Positions 11,570-24,151 of a stretch of 64,000 nt of DNA are shown here, one piece after another (position 1 is the first letter of the stretch; each line of letters starts with the position of its first letter). Where the stretch lies: assembly GCA_004431415.1 (NCBI GenBank), contig QPMI01000130.1, positions 29,930-93,929 on the forward strand. The letters are read 5' to 3'. This DNA is from Cyanophora paradoxa CCMP329. Taxonomy: Eukaryota > Plantae > Glaucophyta. Both the position numbers and the translations under genes were made by a program. The notes beneath the pieces were generated by a model, which ran no database searches, was not told where the DNA came from, and saw only the letters and a program-made list of their open reading frames with translations.

Positions 11570-12665
11570 ATGTCCGAGGAGGAGCTGGCGCCGGCGGACA
11601 ATCGCGAGTACGCTCGCAAGGAATATTGGGAAGGCGCGTCGTGATCGCCGTGAACGCGAGCCGCATGCGCAGCGCGGTGACTGCTAACGCTGATCCGAGC
11701 CGCATATATACGCAGCGCGGTACCAGAAGCAGATGATCGGAGAGGACGCGGGCGCGCAGCTCTATGAGTGGTTCGGGAGTCTCAAGTTTGATGACTTCAG
11801 GGAGATAGTCGAAAAGCACCTCCGCCCGTACGGCGCTGCCGCTCGCATCCTCCACCTGGGGTAAGCTTGAGCGGCGGCGCCGCCCCCCGCCGTGCGGCGG
11901 CGGGGCGCACCTGCGTTCGATCGCGGCGGCGGGTTTGCGAAGGTGCGGGAATAGCGCGCTTGGAGACCAGCTCTACGAGGCCGGCTACAAGAGCGTCGTG
12001 AACCTGGACTTCAGCGAGGCGCCCTCGGGCCTCTTCCGTGAACTCGCCTGCTCGGCCCGGCCCTCACGCACCGGGGCCCGCAGGTGTGCATCGAGCGCAT
12101 GGCGCGGCTCTACGCGCACCGCCCCGAGATGACCTGGGGTGCGCATGCACGATCGCGCTCGCCCCCCTGCCTTTACATCGCCGTCAGCCCGAGCGCCGCG
12201 CGCAAACGCAGTGGTAGGCGATGTGCTCGACCTGCGGGGCTTCGCGGACGGCTCCTTTGACTTCGCCATCGAGAAGGGTGCGCCCCGCCCCGCCCCGCGC
12301 GGCGGCCCCGCCGCCTCGGCCCTAGCTTCGCGCGGTCGCTCGAGCCCCCGGGCGCCGCAGGGACTATGGACGCGCTGATCACGGAGGAGGGCGAGAAGTG
12401 GAGTCCCTCGGAGCACGTCGCGGCGACGGCGCAGCGGATGGCGTCCGAGGCAGCCCGCGTCCTGCGTCCCGGCGGCGCCTACATGATGATCACCTTCTCC
12501 CAGGCCCGCCGCCGCGCCCTGGCGCTGCCCAGTAGCCTCGAGCTCCCCTGACACCTCCCGCAGCCCCACTTTCGAAAGCGCTTTCTGGAGCCGTCCTTCG
12601 CGAAGGTCGAGACGGTCAAGCTCGGCAGCGGCTTCCACTACTACATCTACATCTGCACGAAGTAG
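11570..12665 (+). CDS. EEF1A lysine methyltransferase 4-like (class I SAM methyltransferase), 7 exons
   Basis: Spliced EYWEARY, YEWF, ILHLGCGNS, NLDFSEVCI, FDFAIEKGTMDAL, RVLRPGG...ITFSQPHFRKRFL and FHYYIYICTK*. Confidence 0.92.
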
Positions 12666-13006
12666 CCCTAGTAGCTATAGCGAGCTCGAGTGCGCGCGCG
12701 CGTGCATGTCATGATCAACAACGTTAGCAGCTACAGCTAATTAAACTATAACAGCCATGTCTGGTGCTGTTCAAGTGATCTGAATGGTGGTGGAGAAAAC
12801 GTTTACTGTGCGATCAAATTCAGCCGAGCTCGAGTGTGCATACGTAAATCGTACTACGGTAATTTAAGTGTACAGCCTGGCTTCGAGCAACCTTCGTTCG
12901 CAGAAGACAAGAAGGAGCGACGTCGACCCGCGACCGAAACGTGGCAAACAGGCAGCAAAGAGAGCTTCAAATTGAGCACAGGAATCGGCAGGAGAGAAAT
13001 AAGCTC

Positions 13007-13782
13007 ATGGCACAGCCGTCAGAGTCGCCGCCGCCCGTGCCAATCCCAGCGGGTCACGTGGAGCTCCGCTTCTTGATACCGGACTCGAGCAAGACCATCC
13101 ACCACATCTTGCCAAAAAGCAGCACTGTCCAGGCCGTCAAGGTGCGCGGGCGGTCACTGTCGCCCTCAAGCGCCCACGCCGCGCCTGCTGAACGTATACA
13201 CGGGACGCAGACGAAGATTGTTGGCGAGGTATGCCCCGCGCCGCCCCCGCGCGGGCCCGGGGTCGAACCTGTTTCGCATGCCCGCGCTGATCCCTGCCCA
13301 CAGTGGCCCGACACGCTCAGCCCCTTGCCCTCGAGGAGTCCCGATGTTTGTGCGTGCATGCGCGATCCTCGGCGATGCCGCGCGCCCGTCGTCGCGATGC
13401 ACCGCTCCAAGAGCTAACCCCGGAACAGTGAAGCTGATCCACGCGGGCAAGCTGCTAGACGCTGGTGCGCTGCCCGATTGCGCGGTTTACTCGCCCTCTT
13501 TGACGATGCCTGGCGCAGCGCGCACCCTCGAAGAATGCGGTGTGAAGGAGGTGTGCCCCCCTCTTCGCGCGCCGCGCTCGCGGCTCACCGAGTATCCTCT
13601 TCGCCCCCCCAGGGAGAGCGAGTATCAGTGCGCCCCTCTTCGCCCGCCGCGCTTGCGGCTCACCAGGGCCCCAGATGCATCTCGTGGTGAAGCCGTCGGC
13701 ACAAGGAGCGCCTCCGAAAGCTGCTCCCGGGGCGCCGCCGAAAGCCGCAGCCAACTCACGGTGCTCCTGCATCGTGTCTTAG
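13007..13782 (+). CDS. Membrane-anchored ubiquitin-fold protein (MUB/UBL3-like)
   Basis: VELRFL...STVQAVK|TKIVGE|WP...LKLIHAGKLLD...TLEEC...MHLVV; C-terminal CSCIVS* (CaaX with an upstream Cys). Confidence 0.9.
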
Positions 13783-14027
13783 AAACACGAGGGCCGCCGT
13801 CCTTCCCCTTCTCCTTCCAGACCCTTTCCCCGCTGCTTCTTTCGTTTCCTCTCCTTTCTCGGTCCTTTTCCGCCCAGTTAGCCCCCGCCCCGGCCCTTCG
13901 TTCCCGGCCCGCCCCGCCCTTCCCGTCCTGGCACCCGCGTTCCTCCTCTGTTCGCCTCGGCGGCCTCGGCAGCGCGCCAGGCCGTCCGTGTAACAAAAGC
14001 GACCGCGGCGACAAGAGAGAGGGCTTT

Positions 14028-15941
14028 TCAGGAGCGCTCGAGGGAGTAGGCGTCGCCGGGCGGGCCCCGGGCCTTGTCCAGCACCTGCCGGCCCCCGACC
14101 CCTTCAGCGGGGCGCGGCGCGGGGGGCGGGGCGGCGGGGGCGGGCCTTGCGGAGGGCGGCCCAGTCGTCGGGGGTGAGCTGGAGGCGGAGGGCGGCGGCG
14201 TTGGCGTCGGCGTGCGCGCTGCTGCGGATGCCGACGATGGGGTAGCAGACGCCCTCGCCGGAGCCGCCGGCGTCGAGGACGTAGCGGAGGGCGACGGCCG
14301 GCACGGAGCTCCCGTGCCGCTCCGCCACCGCCTTCATCGCCATCAGCAGCTCCTGCGCCCCGCGGCCGCTCGCCCCCCGCCGCGCCCCCCGCGCCGCCCC
14401 CAGCCGGGCGGCGCGGCGCGGCGCGGCGCGGGGCGGGCCTGGAACCAGGGCCAGCCGCCGGCGCTCTGGAGGATGGAGAAGTACATCCTCAGCGATGCCG
14501 TGTCGAGGAGGCGCCGGTCGGGGGCCGGCAGGCCGATCCAGCGCTCCGAGAGGAGCCCGCCGGCCACCGGCCTGGCCCCCCGCGGTCAGCGCCGGCCTGC
14601 GCGGGGGGGCGGGGGGGGGGGCCACCCGTAGCAGAGGAGGCGGATGGCCTTCTCGCGGGCGTAGGGGATGAGGGCCCCCTCGGGGCGCCGGTCCAGGATG
14701 CTGCGCCCCGGCGCCCCCCTCAGCGCCGCCCCCGGCCCCGTCTCGCCGAGCGCGCGCCGGCGTCGGCCTCGCGGGCACCTGTACTGGACCTGTGGGGGCG
14801 TTGGGGGCGGGCGGGGCGGGGGCGGGGCGGGCGGGGGCACCTGGTTGGCGACGACGGGCACGCCGGCCTCGACGATCTCCTGCGCCGCGCTCGCGCCCGG
14901 GGCGCGCGGGGGGGCGGGGGGCCGGGCGGCGCGCCCGCAGGTGCTTCGTGTCCATGTTCGTAGTTGCAACGGCCTTCAGCACGCCCCTCGCCCGGTAGCC
15001 CTCGAGCTGGCGGGGGCGTGAGCCAGGCGGGCGGGGGCGTCCAGGCCGCGGCGGCGCGCCATCCTCGCGACTTCGACCATGCCAGGTACCGAGTAGTCCC
15101 ACCTGGCGGAGGCGGCTCGGGGCGGCGGGGCGGGGGCGCGGGGGCGGGGCGGGGCGGGCCAGTGGAGCTGGACCATGTCGAGGGCCTCGAGCCCGAGGGC
15201 GGCGAGGCTGCGCCGCAGCGTCCGCTCCACCACCGCCGCCGTCGGCTGCTCCCGGAAGATGTTCGGCACGAGCTTCGTGAAGACCTGCACCCGCCCCGCC
15301 GCCTCCGCCCCCCGCTCCTTCCGGTACCTGCGCAGCCGCCGCGCTCGGCCCCGAGTGCGCAGGCCGAGAGCACTAACGGACGCAGCGCGTTCAGGGGCTA
15401 GCTAGCGCTGTGAGCCGTGAGCAGCCCGACCGGGGCGCCGGCGGCGCGGGCACGCGGGCCGGGCCGCGATGAGCGCTAGCGTAGATTTCAAGCTCGGGCC
15501 CGCGGGGCGCCGCACCGTCGGAGGAACTCGCCGATGACACTCTCGCTCGGACCGTAAATGTCTGCCGTATCGAACGTCGTATATCCTAGATCAGCGAGCT
15601 GCATCATGTCCTGCGCGTACGTCCGCGTCGGCGTAAGTGCTGCTGCGCGTGTACTAGCGCATTCAACGTGTAGTCAATCTCGCCATGTCCTGCACGTCCA
15701 GTGGCCCCGAGGACGCGCGCCCTAGGCCTGCGCCGGCGAACCTTAATAATTTTCTCAGGGTCAATCGGGCCGTGGCCGCCAGCCAGCTGCCAGCAGCCGC
15801 ATATTATCGAAGCGTGCGAAAGGCCTGCGCAAAGGGATTTACGAAGCGTATGACACAAAGTTTTACGGATGCACGTGCTCGCTGCGGCCGGGCTTGGTAC
15901 GAACCCAGCGGGCTTTCCGCGCTGCGAGGAATCAAAGCCAT
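14028..15941 (-). CDS. Aldo/keto reductase family protein
   Basis: GCWQLAGGHG, TTFDTADIYG, FTK, LDMVQLHWWDY, NQVQYSILDRRP, LLCYG..AGGLLS, VALRYVL and PIVG. Confidence 0.92.
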
Positions 15942-16315
15942 GCTCTCTTTCTCTCACGCGCGCTGCGCGCGCACAGCGGCTCGGTGAAACCGGGTGAATG
16001 CCGTGGGGGGTAGGCGAATCTGGTGCCGCAGGGGTATAACTGCCGGCTCCAGCTCTCGGGGTCTAGCCTAGTAGACGAACTGCCACGGTTAGATGGCGGG
16101 ACGGGGTGTTTACTCCGTCTCTCCGGCGGCGAGCGTACAGTTTGCGCAGCCGAGGATCATACTTCCCCGGTTCGAATTCGCGGCTGTACGCAGTACGCCC
16201 GGCCTAAGCTGACGGACTAGCAGCGTCTGGAGCCCGGCCGTGGCCGACAGTCTCGCGCAGCTGACGATGAGCCTGAAAGCCAGTACAGACCGACCTTTTC
16301 CCTTCCTTCCACGTA

Positions 16316-19300
16316 ATGGCGACGAAGTGCGTTTCTTTCTTTCCTTCTTTCCGCTTCTTTCCGGGCGCTTCCCGCTAGACCGCTAGTTCAACTGCCGCCC
16401 ACCGCCGGCCTCCCTCGGCGGCCGGCGTACGTAGCTAAGCTCCGCCGAGCGCCGACGGCCGACGGATGAGCTCGCCGCGTCGGTCTCGCATAAGTGTCAC
16501 GCTGACCCGCCGCTTGTGTAGTTCGAGCGCATCTTGAACGACCTCATCTGGCGAGCCCCCTGAGCCCAGCCCACGCCGCGCCGCTGACGCCATGCGCAGG
16601 AAACAGAAGGCATGCGGGGTGGGCGCTGCCGCCGGGGTGCGCGCCGGCTGAGCGGGGGGCGCAGATTGTGGTGTCGCTGGAGTCACTGCACGAGGACGTG
16701 CAGCGGCGGCTGGAGCAGCAGCCGTTGAAGGTCGTCGGGGTGTCGGCGGGCGGGCCCACGCCGGAGGCCTCCCCGCAGAAGAGCGCCCGGAGCGCCCGGA
16801 GCGCCCGGAGCGCGTGGGATGAGGAGGAGGGGCACCAGCGGCGCCTCTCCACGCACGCCCACGAGCTGCTCCTCGAGCAGAACCGCGCCATCCAGGACAG
16901 CATGAACGGCCTCAAGGAGGAGCAGCTCGCCCAGATCGACGCCCTCGTCATGATGTGCGCCCGCCCGCACGGCCCCGCGGCGCGGCGCGGCGCGGCGGGG
17001 CCGAGGGGCGGGGGCGGCAGGTACAAGCGGGAGCGGGATGCGGTGCGGGGCAGCCGCCTCTCGGTCACGCAGCCTGTCGAGCTGCCGCACGGTCCGGTGC
17101 GCAGCGCCCCGGCGGCCCCGTGCGGCGCCGGGCGAGGGGCGGCAGGGAGGGGAGGCGGGGCCCGGGCTGGGGGCGGTGCGGGAGGCGGAGGCGACGCCGC
17201 GGCTGCCCGACGCCGGCGGCCTGGGCTCGCCGCGCCTCACGAGCGCCCTCAAGCGCGCCGAGGAGTTCAGGGCCCTCGCCGCCGCCGCCCGCACGGGCCT
17301 CCAGCCGGCGCGCCCGCCCCGGGGCCTGCGCGGGGCGGGCGGGGCTGACGGGCGGGCAGCACGTGGAGCGCGACGAGGCGGTCCGGCGGTGCATCCGGCG
17401 CGCCGAGGCGGAGATCTCCGAGCTCCTCGAGCAGGCGCGCCCCCCCGGCGTCGATCCCGTCCTCTCCTTTCCCTTCCTTTCCCCTCCTTTTCTGAGGGCG
17501 GGGCAGGTCATCGAGGGCAAGAAGCAGCGCCGCGCCCTCGCCCAGAAGTGCGTCGCCCGCCCCGCCCGCCTCGCCTGTCCCGAGCGCCCCGCGCAGGCTC
17601 GAGGAGAAGGGCAGGGCGGAGCGGCGCGCGGAGGAGGAGGAGCTGCGGCGGGCGCGCGAGGAGGCGGAGGAGGAGGCGCGGCGGGCGCGCGAGGAGGCGG
17701 CGGAGGCGGGGGAGGAGGCGGCGGGGCTGCGGGGGGAGCTGGACGCGGCTCGGCAGGAGGCGGACGGGGCGCGCGAGGAGCGGGACGAGCTGCAGGCCGC
17801 CCTCCACGCCGCCCGCAACCAGGCCCGCCCGCCCCGCCCGCGCGCCCGACCGCCCCCGAGCCCCGCCCACGCGCGCCCCGCGCCCCTTCAGATCCGGAGC
17901 CTCTCGACGCGGCTGCCGGTGCTGCAGGAGGAGAACGAGAACCACTCCCTCGAGCGCGCCGCCGCCGCCGACCAGCGTCCGCCGCCCCGGCCCCGCCCCG
18001 CGCCGCGCCGGCGACGCCGACGGCGGAGGCAGAGAAGCGGCTGGCAGGCCGCCTGCGGGCGCTCGAGGAGGAGAACCGTTCCCTGCAGGCCCAGGCGCGC
18101 CCCGCCGGCCCCCGCGCGCCCTCGCCGGCGGCGCGCGTGAGGCGGGCCCAGGTGTCGGCCCTCTCGCAGCAGAGCCAGAGCCTCCTCGAGCAGAACAAGC
18201 GCCTCCTCTCGCACGTGCGCCCGCCGGCCCGGGCGGGGGCGGGGGCGGGGCGGGGCGGGCGGGGCGTGAGGGCGGGGGCGGCAGGGCCAGACGCTGGCGG
18301 AGCAGAACCAGCTGCTGGGGCTGGAGGCGAAGACGCTGCGGGTTCTGCTGGCGGAGCGGGAGGAGGGGGAGGAGGAGGGCGGGGCGGCCTCGGCCCTCGG
18401 GGGCGAGGCCGCCGCCAGCCCCGCCGAGGACGACCTCCCCGACGCCGTCCGCCCCGCCCCACACGCCCCCCCCCCGCCCCGCCCACACCCCGATGCGCCC
18501 GCCAGTCGGGCGCCTCGAGCGCGTCGGCGAGCCCGCAGCGGCGGGGCGGGCGGGCGCTGCCGCGGGCGGCGGCGGCGGAGACGCAGACGAGCGCGGCGAC
18601 GCTCGCCGGCATGCGCGACTCGGTCAACCGCTCGCAGGCGCGCTGCCGGCCGGGGGCACGCGGGGCGGCGTGGGCGAGGGGGCGGGGGCGCAGGTCTTCG
18701 CGGAGACGCGGCGCCTGCTCGAGGAGGAGGCCGCCGCCAAGCGCTCCGCCGCCGCCGCCGCCGAGCACTACCGGCCCGCCCCCGCCCGCCCGCCCCCGCC
18801 CGCCCCGCCGGGGAGAGGGCGAGCGGGGCGGGGGCGCAGGTGCGAGGCGGAGGCGCTGCGGGAGGCGGCGCGGACGGCGGAGGCCAAGGCGGAGGCGGCG
18901 CGCACGCAGCTCGCCAAGGCCTCCCGCGACCTCGCCGCCGCCCGCGCCGTCCGCCCCGCCCCGCCCCGCCCCGCGCGCCCCGGGGCGGGTGCGGGGGCCG
19001 ACGGGGCGGGCAGCGGGAGGAGGGCCTGCGGGAGCAGCTGCTCGAGGCGAACGCGGCGCTGGCGGACGAGCTCGCCAAGGGGCGCCGGGGCGGGGAGGCG
19101 GCGGAGCGGGAGGCCGGGGAGCGGGCGGCTGGGCGGCGGCAGTACGCGGAGGAGGTGGCGGCGGTGCGGGGGGCGCTGCGGGAGGTGACGGTGCAGCTCG
19201 AGTGGTGCGAGGGCGAGCTCGCGCGCGTCAAGGCCGACGCCCAGCGCCTCCGCACCGAGCGCGACCTCTACCGCGCCCAGGCCCGCCCCGCCCCCCCGCC

Positions 19301-20423
19301 CCGCCCCGCCCCGCCCCGCCCTCGCGCCGACACGGGGCAGGCCGACTCGCACCGGCGCGAGCTCGAGACGTACCGGGTGGACCTCCGCAAGGCGCGCCCC
19401 GGGGCGGGCGGGGGCGGCGGGGCGCCCCTCTGAGGCGCCGCCCCGCGCGCAGGTCAAGGCCCAGGTCCACGACATCCTCACCGCTCGCACCGCCGCCGCC
19501 GCCGCCTCCTCCGCCCCGCCCTCCCCCGCCGCCCCGCCCCCGCCCCGCCCCCGCTGCCGGCTGGACCGCCCCGGGCTCCCCAGCCCCTCCGGCCCCGCCC
19601 GCTCCCCGCCCGCCCGCGCCCCCGCGCCTCCGCCGCTTCCGCCGCCGCGCCAGAGCCGCCGCGCGGGGCGTACCCGCCCCGCCCCCGCCGCCGGCGTCGG
19701 GCGGGGAGCTGATCACGGCCGTCTCGAACCTGCCGCCGCGCTCGGCGCTGCCCTCGGCCGCGTACGGCGCGGCGGCGGCGGCCTCGCCGGGGCGGGGGGC
19801 GGCGGGAGTGGGCGCGGGCGGCCCTCGGGCTCGGGCTCCGAGGCGGCCGTGTCGCCCACTTCCCTCCCCCTCGCGGCCTCCGCCCGCGGCCCCACGCCCG
19901 CCCCTCCTCCGCCCAGCCGCGCCCCTCCGCCGGCCCCGCCTCGGTGCCCCCGCCGCCCGCCCCGAGCGCCCCTCGCGGCGGCGGCGGCGCTGAGTGATGG
20001 CGGCAGCGGGGCGCGGCGCCGCAGAGCCCCGGGGAGCGACACCCCATCTACGGCCTGCGGGAGGAGCGGGAGGGCGGGGCCCCGGGGCGGCGCTCCGACC
20101 CCCGCACCCCTACGCCTCGCCGGCGCCCCACGTCCAGGCGGCCGCGCCCCCGGCGCCGGGCGTCGCCGCCGGCTCGGCGGCGGCGACGGCGGCTGCGATC
20201 GCGGTCCGTGGGGGCGGGGCGCGGGGCGGGCGGGGGTGACGGGCGGGCGGGCAGGCGCTGCAGGCGGTGGACCGGGAGCGGGAGGCGCGGGAGCGGGCCC
20301 CCGTCTGGGAGCGCCTCTACAGCGACCGCGCCAAGCACGCCGCCCCCCGCGGCCCCCGCCCCTTCTAGCCTCGCCCCTCCCCAGCCGCCCTCCCCCGCAC
20401 GGCTGCAGCCCTCCGCGCGGTGA
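16316..20423 (+). CDS. Long coiled-coil protein of unknown function, many exons
   Basis: Spliced E/R/A/Q heptad-rich exons (e.g. LAGRLRALEEENRSLQAQ|VSALSQQSQSLLEQNKRLL), low-complexity tail with VWERLY; consistent intron signals; ends approximate. Confidence 0.7.
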
Positions 20424-21959
20424 AGGCGCCCCTTGAGCGCACACGTGCACCGACCTCTTCCTGCGCCGGCCTGTGCGCACGATGAATATTGTTCAGGATC
20501 GGACGGGCTGGGGACTTGAGATGCGGCAGAGCTCCAGAATACCCTCGATCTCGGCTGCTCCGAAATTAAATGCACTTCTCATAGTCTGGCCAGCTAGCGC
20601 TCAGTTTCGTGATCGCTGCCAGGCTGGCCCAGTGGTTTTCACTAATCATGAGAATCTGTTTCAAAAATGTTCTATCCCATCGCATGTGCACTCGTGCGCC
20701 CGGGGCCCGGGGCCTGACGATTATCATAGTATCGGACCCTCCGAGGCTTCCCACGACGCACAATTGCAAGCCTTGAAGCGATTCCATGCCATGATGATCA
20801 TGACCGTCGGACTCATGATCATGAACGCGATCAGTGTTCGCTGACTCAGGCTGAGTCATCGGCCGCGATGTCACTGAGTCACTGAGTCATCATGGCATCG
20901 GATCCGATGATCATCGATATCGGATGTCACTGAGTCAAGTTAGGTTCAACGGTTGGCGTTGAATTTAATTTCTCGCCTTGCACGAGTACTGCGGCACCGT
21001 GGCCCAGTGGCGCATGCGCAGTAACTGAGTACAACTGGCCCACTGGCCCAGTGGGGCCAGTGGCAGAGACTTCGAAGCCTTTAAAGCTCCGGGACCCTCA
21101 AGTCTGAGGCCTGACCCCGAGGGGCGGGAGGGGTACTTGCCAAGTTGGTCACATTCGCCTCAGAGTCTAATAGTCTATTTCCTTATTCAATGATTCTATG
21201 GTACCGGTACGTACTACGGTATCAAGTATCGAGAAAAAGACTCTGCGATCTTCAGATAAAACAGCTCTAGCAGACCTACAGCTATAGCTATAGCTAAATT
21301 GCTAGACTCTAAAGAGCTTCACCGTGAATAAAATAATCTACCAAATAAAAAACCAAAGTGTGAATTACAAATAATCGGACGGCCCCGGGCCGCCGGGCAA
21401 AGCCATGAATACATGCAAACGTTAACCGTTGAACCCTATAGCTATCTAATCAACGCTGTGCTTGATGAAGCAAGCTCACGGAGTCACGCGCAAACTGGCA
21501 GGGCGCACTGCGGCAACAACTGAATGTTTACGCATATACTATGTTATACATGGGCGAATCGAAAAAGATAACACCAAGATTCATATAAGCTCTTGAGGCT
21601 CGCTTCAGAAAGAAACTGGTTTGACGAAAGCGTTGTCTCGGTTTCGATGTCGACGATAGCGACTGTTGATAAAACGAGGGTACTATGCATTGCAATTACA
21701 AAAAAGTTGGGCGCGAGCGGGGGCAGCGAATTCGAATGGGATGAAGGGGCGCCAGTCGCGCTGTGCAAGATGCGCAACGAGAGCTGCAGGGGAGCCGCTC
21801 CTCGCGCCCCCGCCTATCTACGGTAGTAATCTCAGACTAGGGGCTCGCAGCTGAAAAAGAAACAACCGTCCCGATCGAAAAAAAGGGGGGCGCAAGGGGC
21901 GCTGGGGCGGGGCGGAAGGGGTGGCGGGGGAGGGGGGGGAAGGGGGGGGATGGGGGGAT

Positions 21960-23158
21960 CAGAGGGCGGGGGCGGGGCGGCGAAGAGGGCGTCGTGCGGG
22001 CCCCGACGAAGAGATCCCGGAAGATCGGCAGCCGCGGGCCCGCCCCTCCGCGGCCGCCGCGTCGGCCCCTGTGGGCGGGCCTCGGCGGGGGCGGCGGCCT
22101 CGGCGGGGCCGGGGGCGGGGCCGGCGCGGGAGGCGGCCTCCGCGGCCGCGGCCGCGGCGGCGCCGACGGCCCCCGGCGAGTTCCTCCCCCGCTCCGCTGA
22201 GGTCACAGCCCCGTGCGAGAAGCGGCAGCGCGTCCCGTAGGCGCAGGTTCCTGCACGGCGGCCTCGTCGGCGCGGGGCCGCCCGGGGGCGGGGGCCCGCT
22301 CACCGTAGGTCCAGAACTGAATGCAGGGCGAGCTCTTGTACTTGGGGTGCCTGCGAGTGGCGCTCAGCGGGGCGGGGCGGCGGGAGCGGGGGCGGGGCGC
22401 TCGGACCGGGGCAGGGGCCGCATCTCGGCGAGGCCGTGGGCGAACTGGCACTTGGAGCCGTAGCGGCACGCCCCCTTCTCCTCGAAGTTCTTGCACAGCT
22501 CCGTCTGCGCGCCCCGCCCTCAGACCCCCGCCCCCACGCCCCGCCCCGCCCCGCCCCCGCTCGCACGCGCCTTGTAAAGGTGCGTCCTCCCCGCGCGGGG
22601 GTCGTGGGCGCCGGGGGAGGGCGGGAGCGCGGCGCCGGCGGCGGCGGCGATCGGGGAGCTCTGGGGCGGGGAGGAGCAGAGGGAGGGGGGCGAGGAGGCG
22701 GCGGAGGGGGGCGAGAAGAGGGGCGCGGCGGCGTCGGCGGACTCGCACGAGGAGAGAGAGCACGTGGGCGAGGCGGCACGCGGGCCGTCGCCCGCCCGCC
22801 CCCCCGCCCCGCGCCCCGCCCCGCCCTGCGACACCTCCAAGGGCAGGGGGGCGGGGAGGGTGCTCGCGGGGCGGGCGGGGCCGAGGCCGGCCTTGGCGGC
22901 GAGCTCGACGATCTGCTGCTGGAGGGCTGCCTGCTGGAGCTGCAGCACGAGCTGCTGCTGCGCCGACGCGTACGAGGCCGCCAGCGCCCTCAGGTCGCTG
23001 CCGGGCGCCCATGGCCGGTCCATGGCGCCGGCAGCCGGGTGCGGGATCCGCGCAGACTGCCCCTGCAGGTAGTTGAGCTGGTAAGCCACGGCGGCGAGCT
23101 CCGGGTTGCGCTGGAACTCGGCGAGCCCGGCCGTGAGGCTGCTCAGCGCGCTCTGCAT
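21960..23158 (-). CDS. Tandem CCCH zinc-finger protein (TIS11/ZFP36-like), paralog 1
   Basis: LYK|[24 protein letters not shown] and [16 protein letters not shown]|[13 protein letters not shown]; [10 protein letters not shown] at ~22007-22038 in a shifted frame; both ends uncertain. Confidence 0.9.
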
Positions 23159-24151
23159 CTCCGCGCTCGCGCGGCGCTCGAGGCACCCGTTGCTCGCGCG
23201 CACTGTGAGAAATGCGTCTGTGCACGTGAGATCGGGCAGACTTCGACAAGGTTTACTTCGGCAAATTCTTACCGTCACCACCGCGCGTCTGCCAAGGCTG
23301 ATGCGAATCTCGGCGAGCTCGCCAGCTGCAGCAGATCCAGTGACCGCGGCCGTCGGACGTGTCTGACCTGACTCGGCGAGGCTTTGAGGGCGGTGCCACT
23401 GGGCCACCGTGGCAGCTGCAGCCTGCAGGTCGATCCGATAATAAGCTGGCCGACGTACAAGCTCGAGGGTAGTAGTAGTCGTGATCGATGATACGTACAG
23501 TTGCACCGTGGCACGTTAAACGTATATTTCAAGTTTCGGTAAAGTAGTACTCGCCGAGTCGCACAGCGCGCAGCTTCGAATTCAAGGGTGTATGCGTACG
23601 TATACGTATACGTACTACGGTATCGATTTCGATCCGATGATCGCGATATCGATATCGCGTTATCGATACACGTATATATATACGCGTACGCCCGGCTAAT
23701 GCGACTTAACTGCGAGTACGTGTATATATATATATATAACGCGTGCAGCTAATATACTATGATTCGCATTTGCGAATACGTATACGTGTACTAGTACTGC
23801 TGGTATACGTACTAGCTATATAGATCTAGACTGCGAATACTGTATTAATACGGATCCGGATACGTATATGTGAACGTAATTCAACGTATACGTAAACGTT
23901 TACGCATAAACGTAAACGTACTACGGTACCCGGTATACGTACGCGTGTGCGGACTAGCTGCGCAATACTAGTCGACGTCCGATTTGCAATCACCGCAGTG
24001 ACGTCGACGTCCGACGGTCGACTCATGAGTCATGATCAGCCTGGCAGTCCGAGGTAGGGCTGGGCACAGTCCGACTTTTCCCCCACCGGGTCGGTGGGCC
24101 CGCTGACTGTTACCCACCGGTGGCGGTCGGTGGAGGTGGGGGTACGTGCTA

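Noticed and set aside
16955-19993. 1012-aa ORF, and similar 948-aa (29910) and 1154-aa (59423) ORFs, as single-exon genes
   Set aside because: They read through many introns and are in the true frame only in patches.
20850-20940. Cluster of TGAGTCA (AP-1/GCN4-like) sites as an enhancer
   Set aside because: It lies between two gene 3' ends and is better explained by the local palindromic-repeat process.
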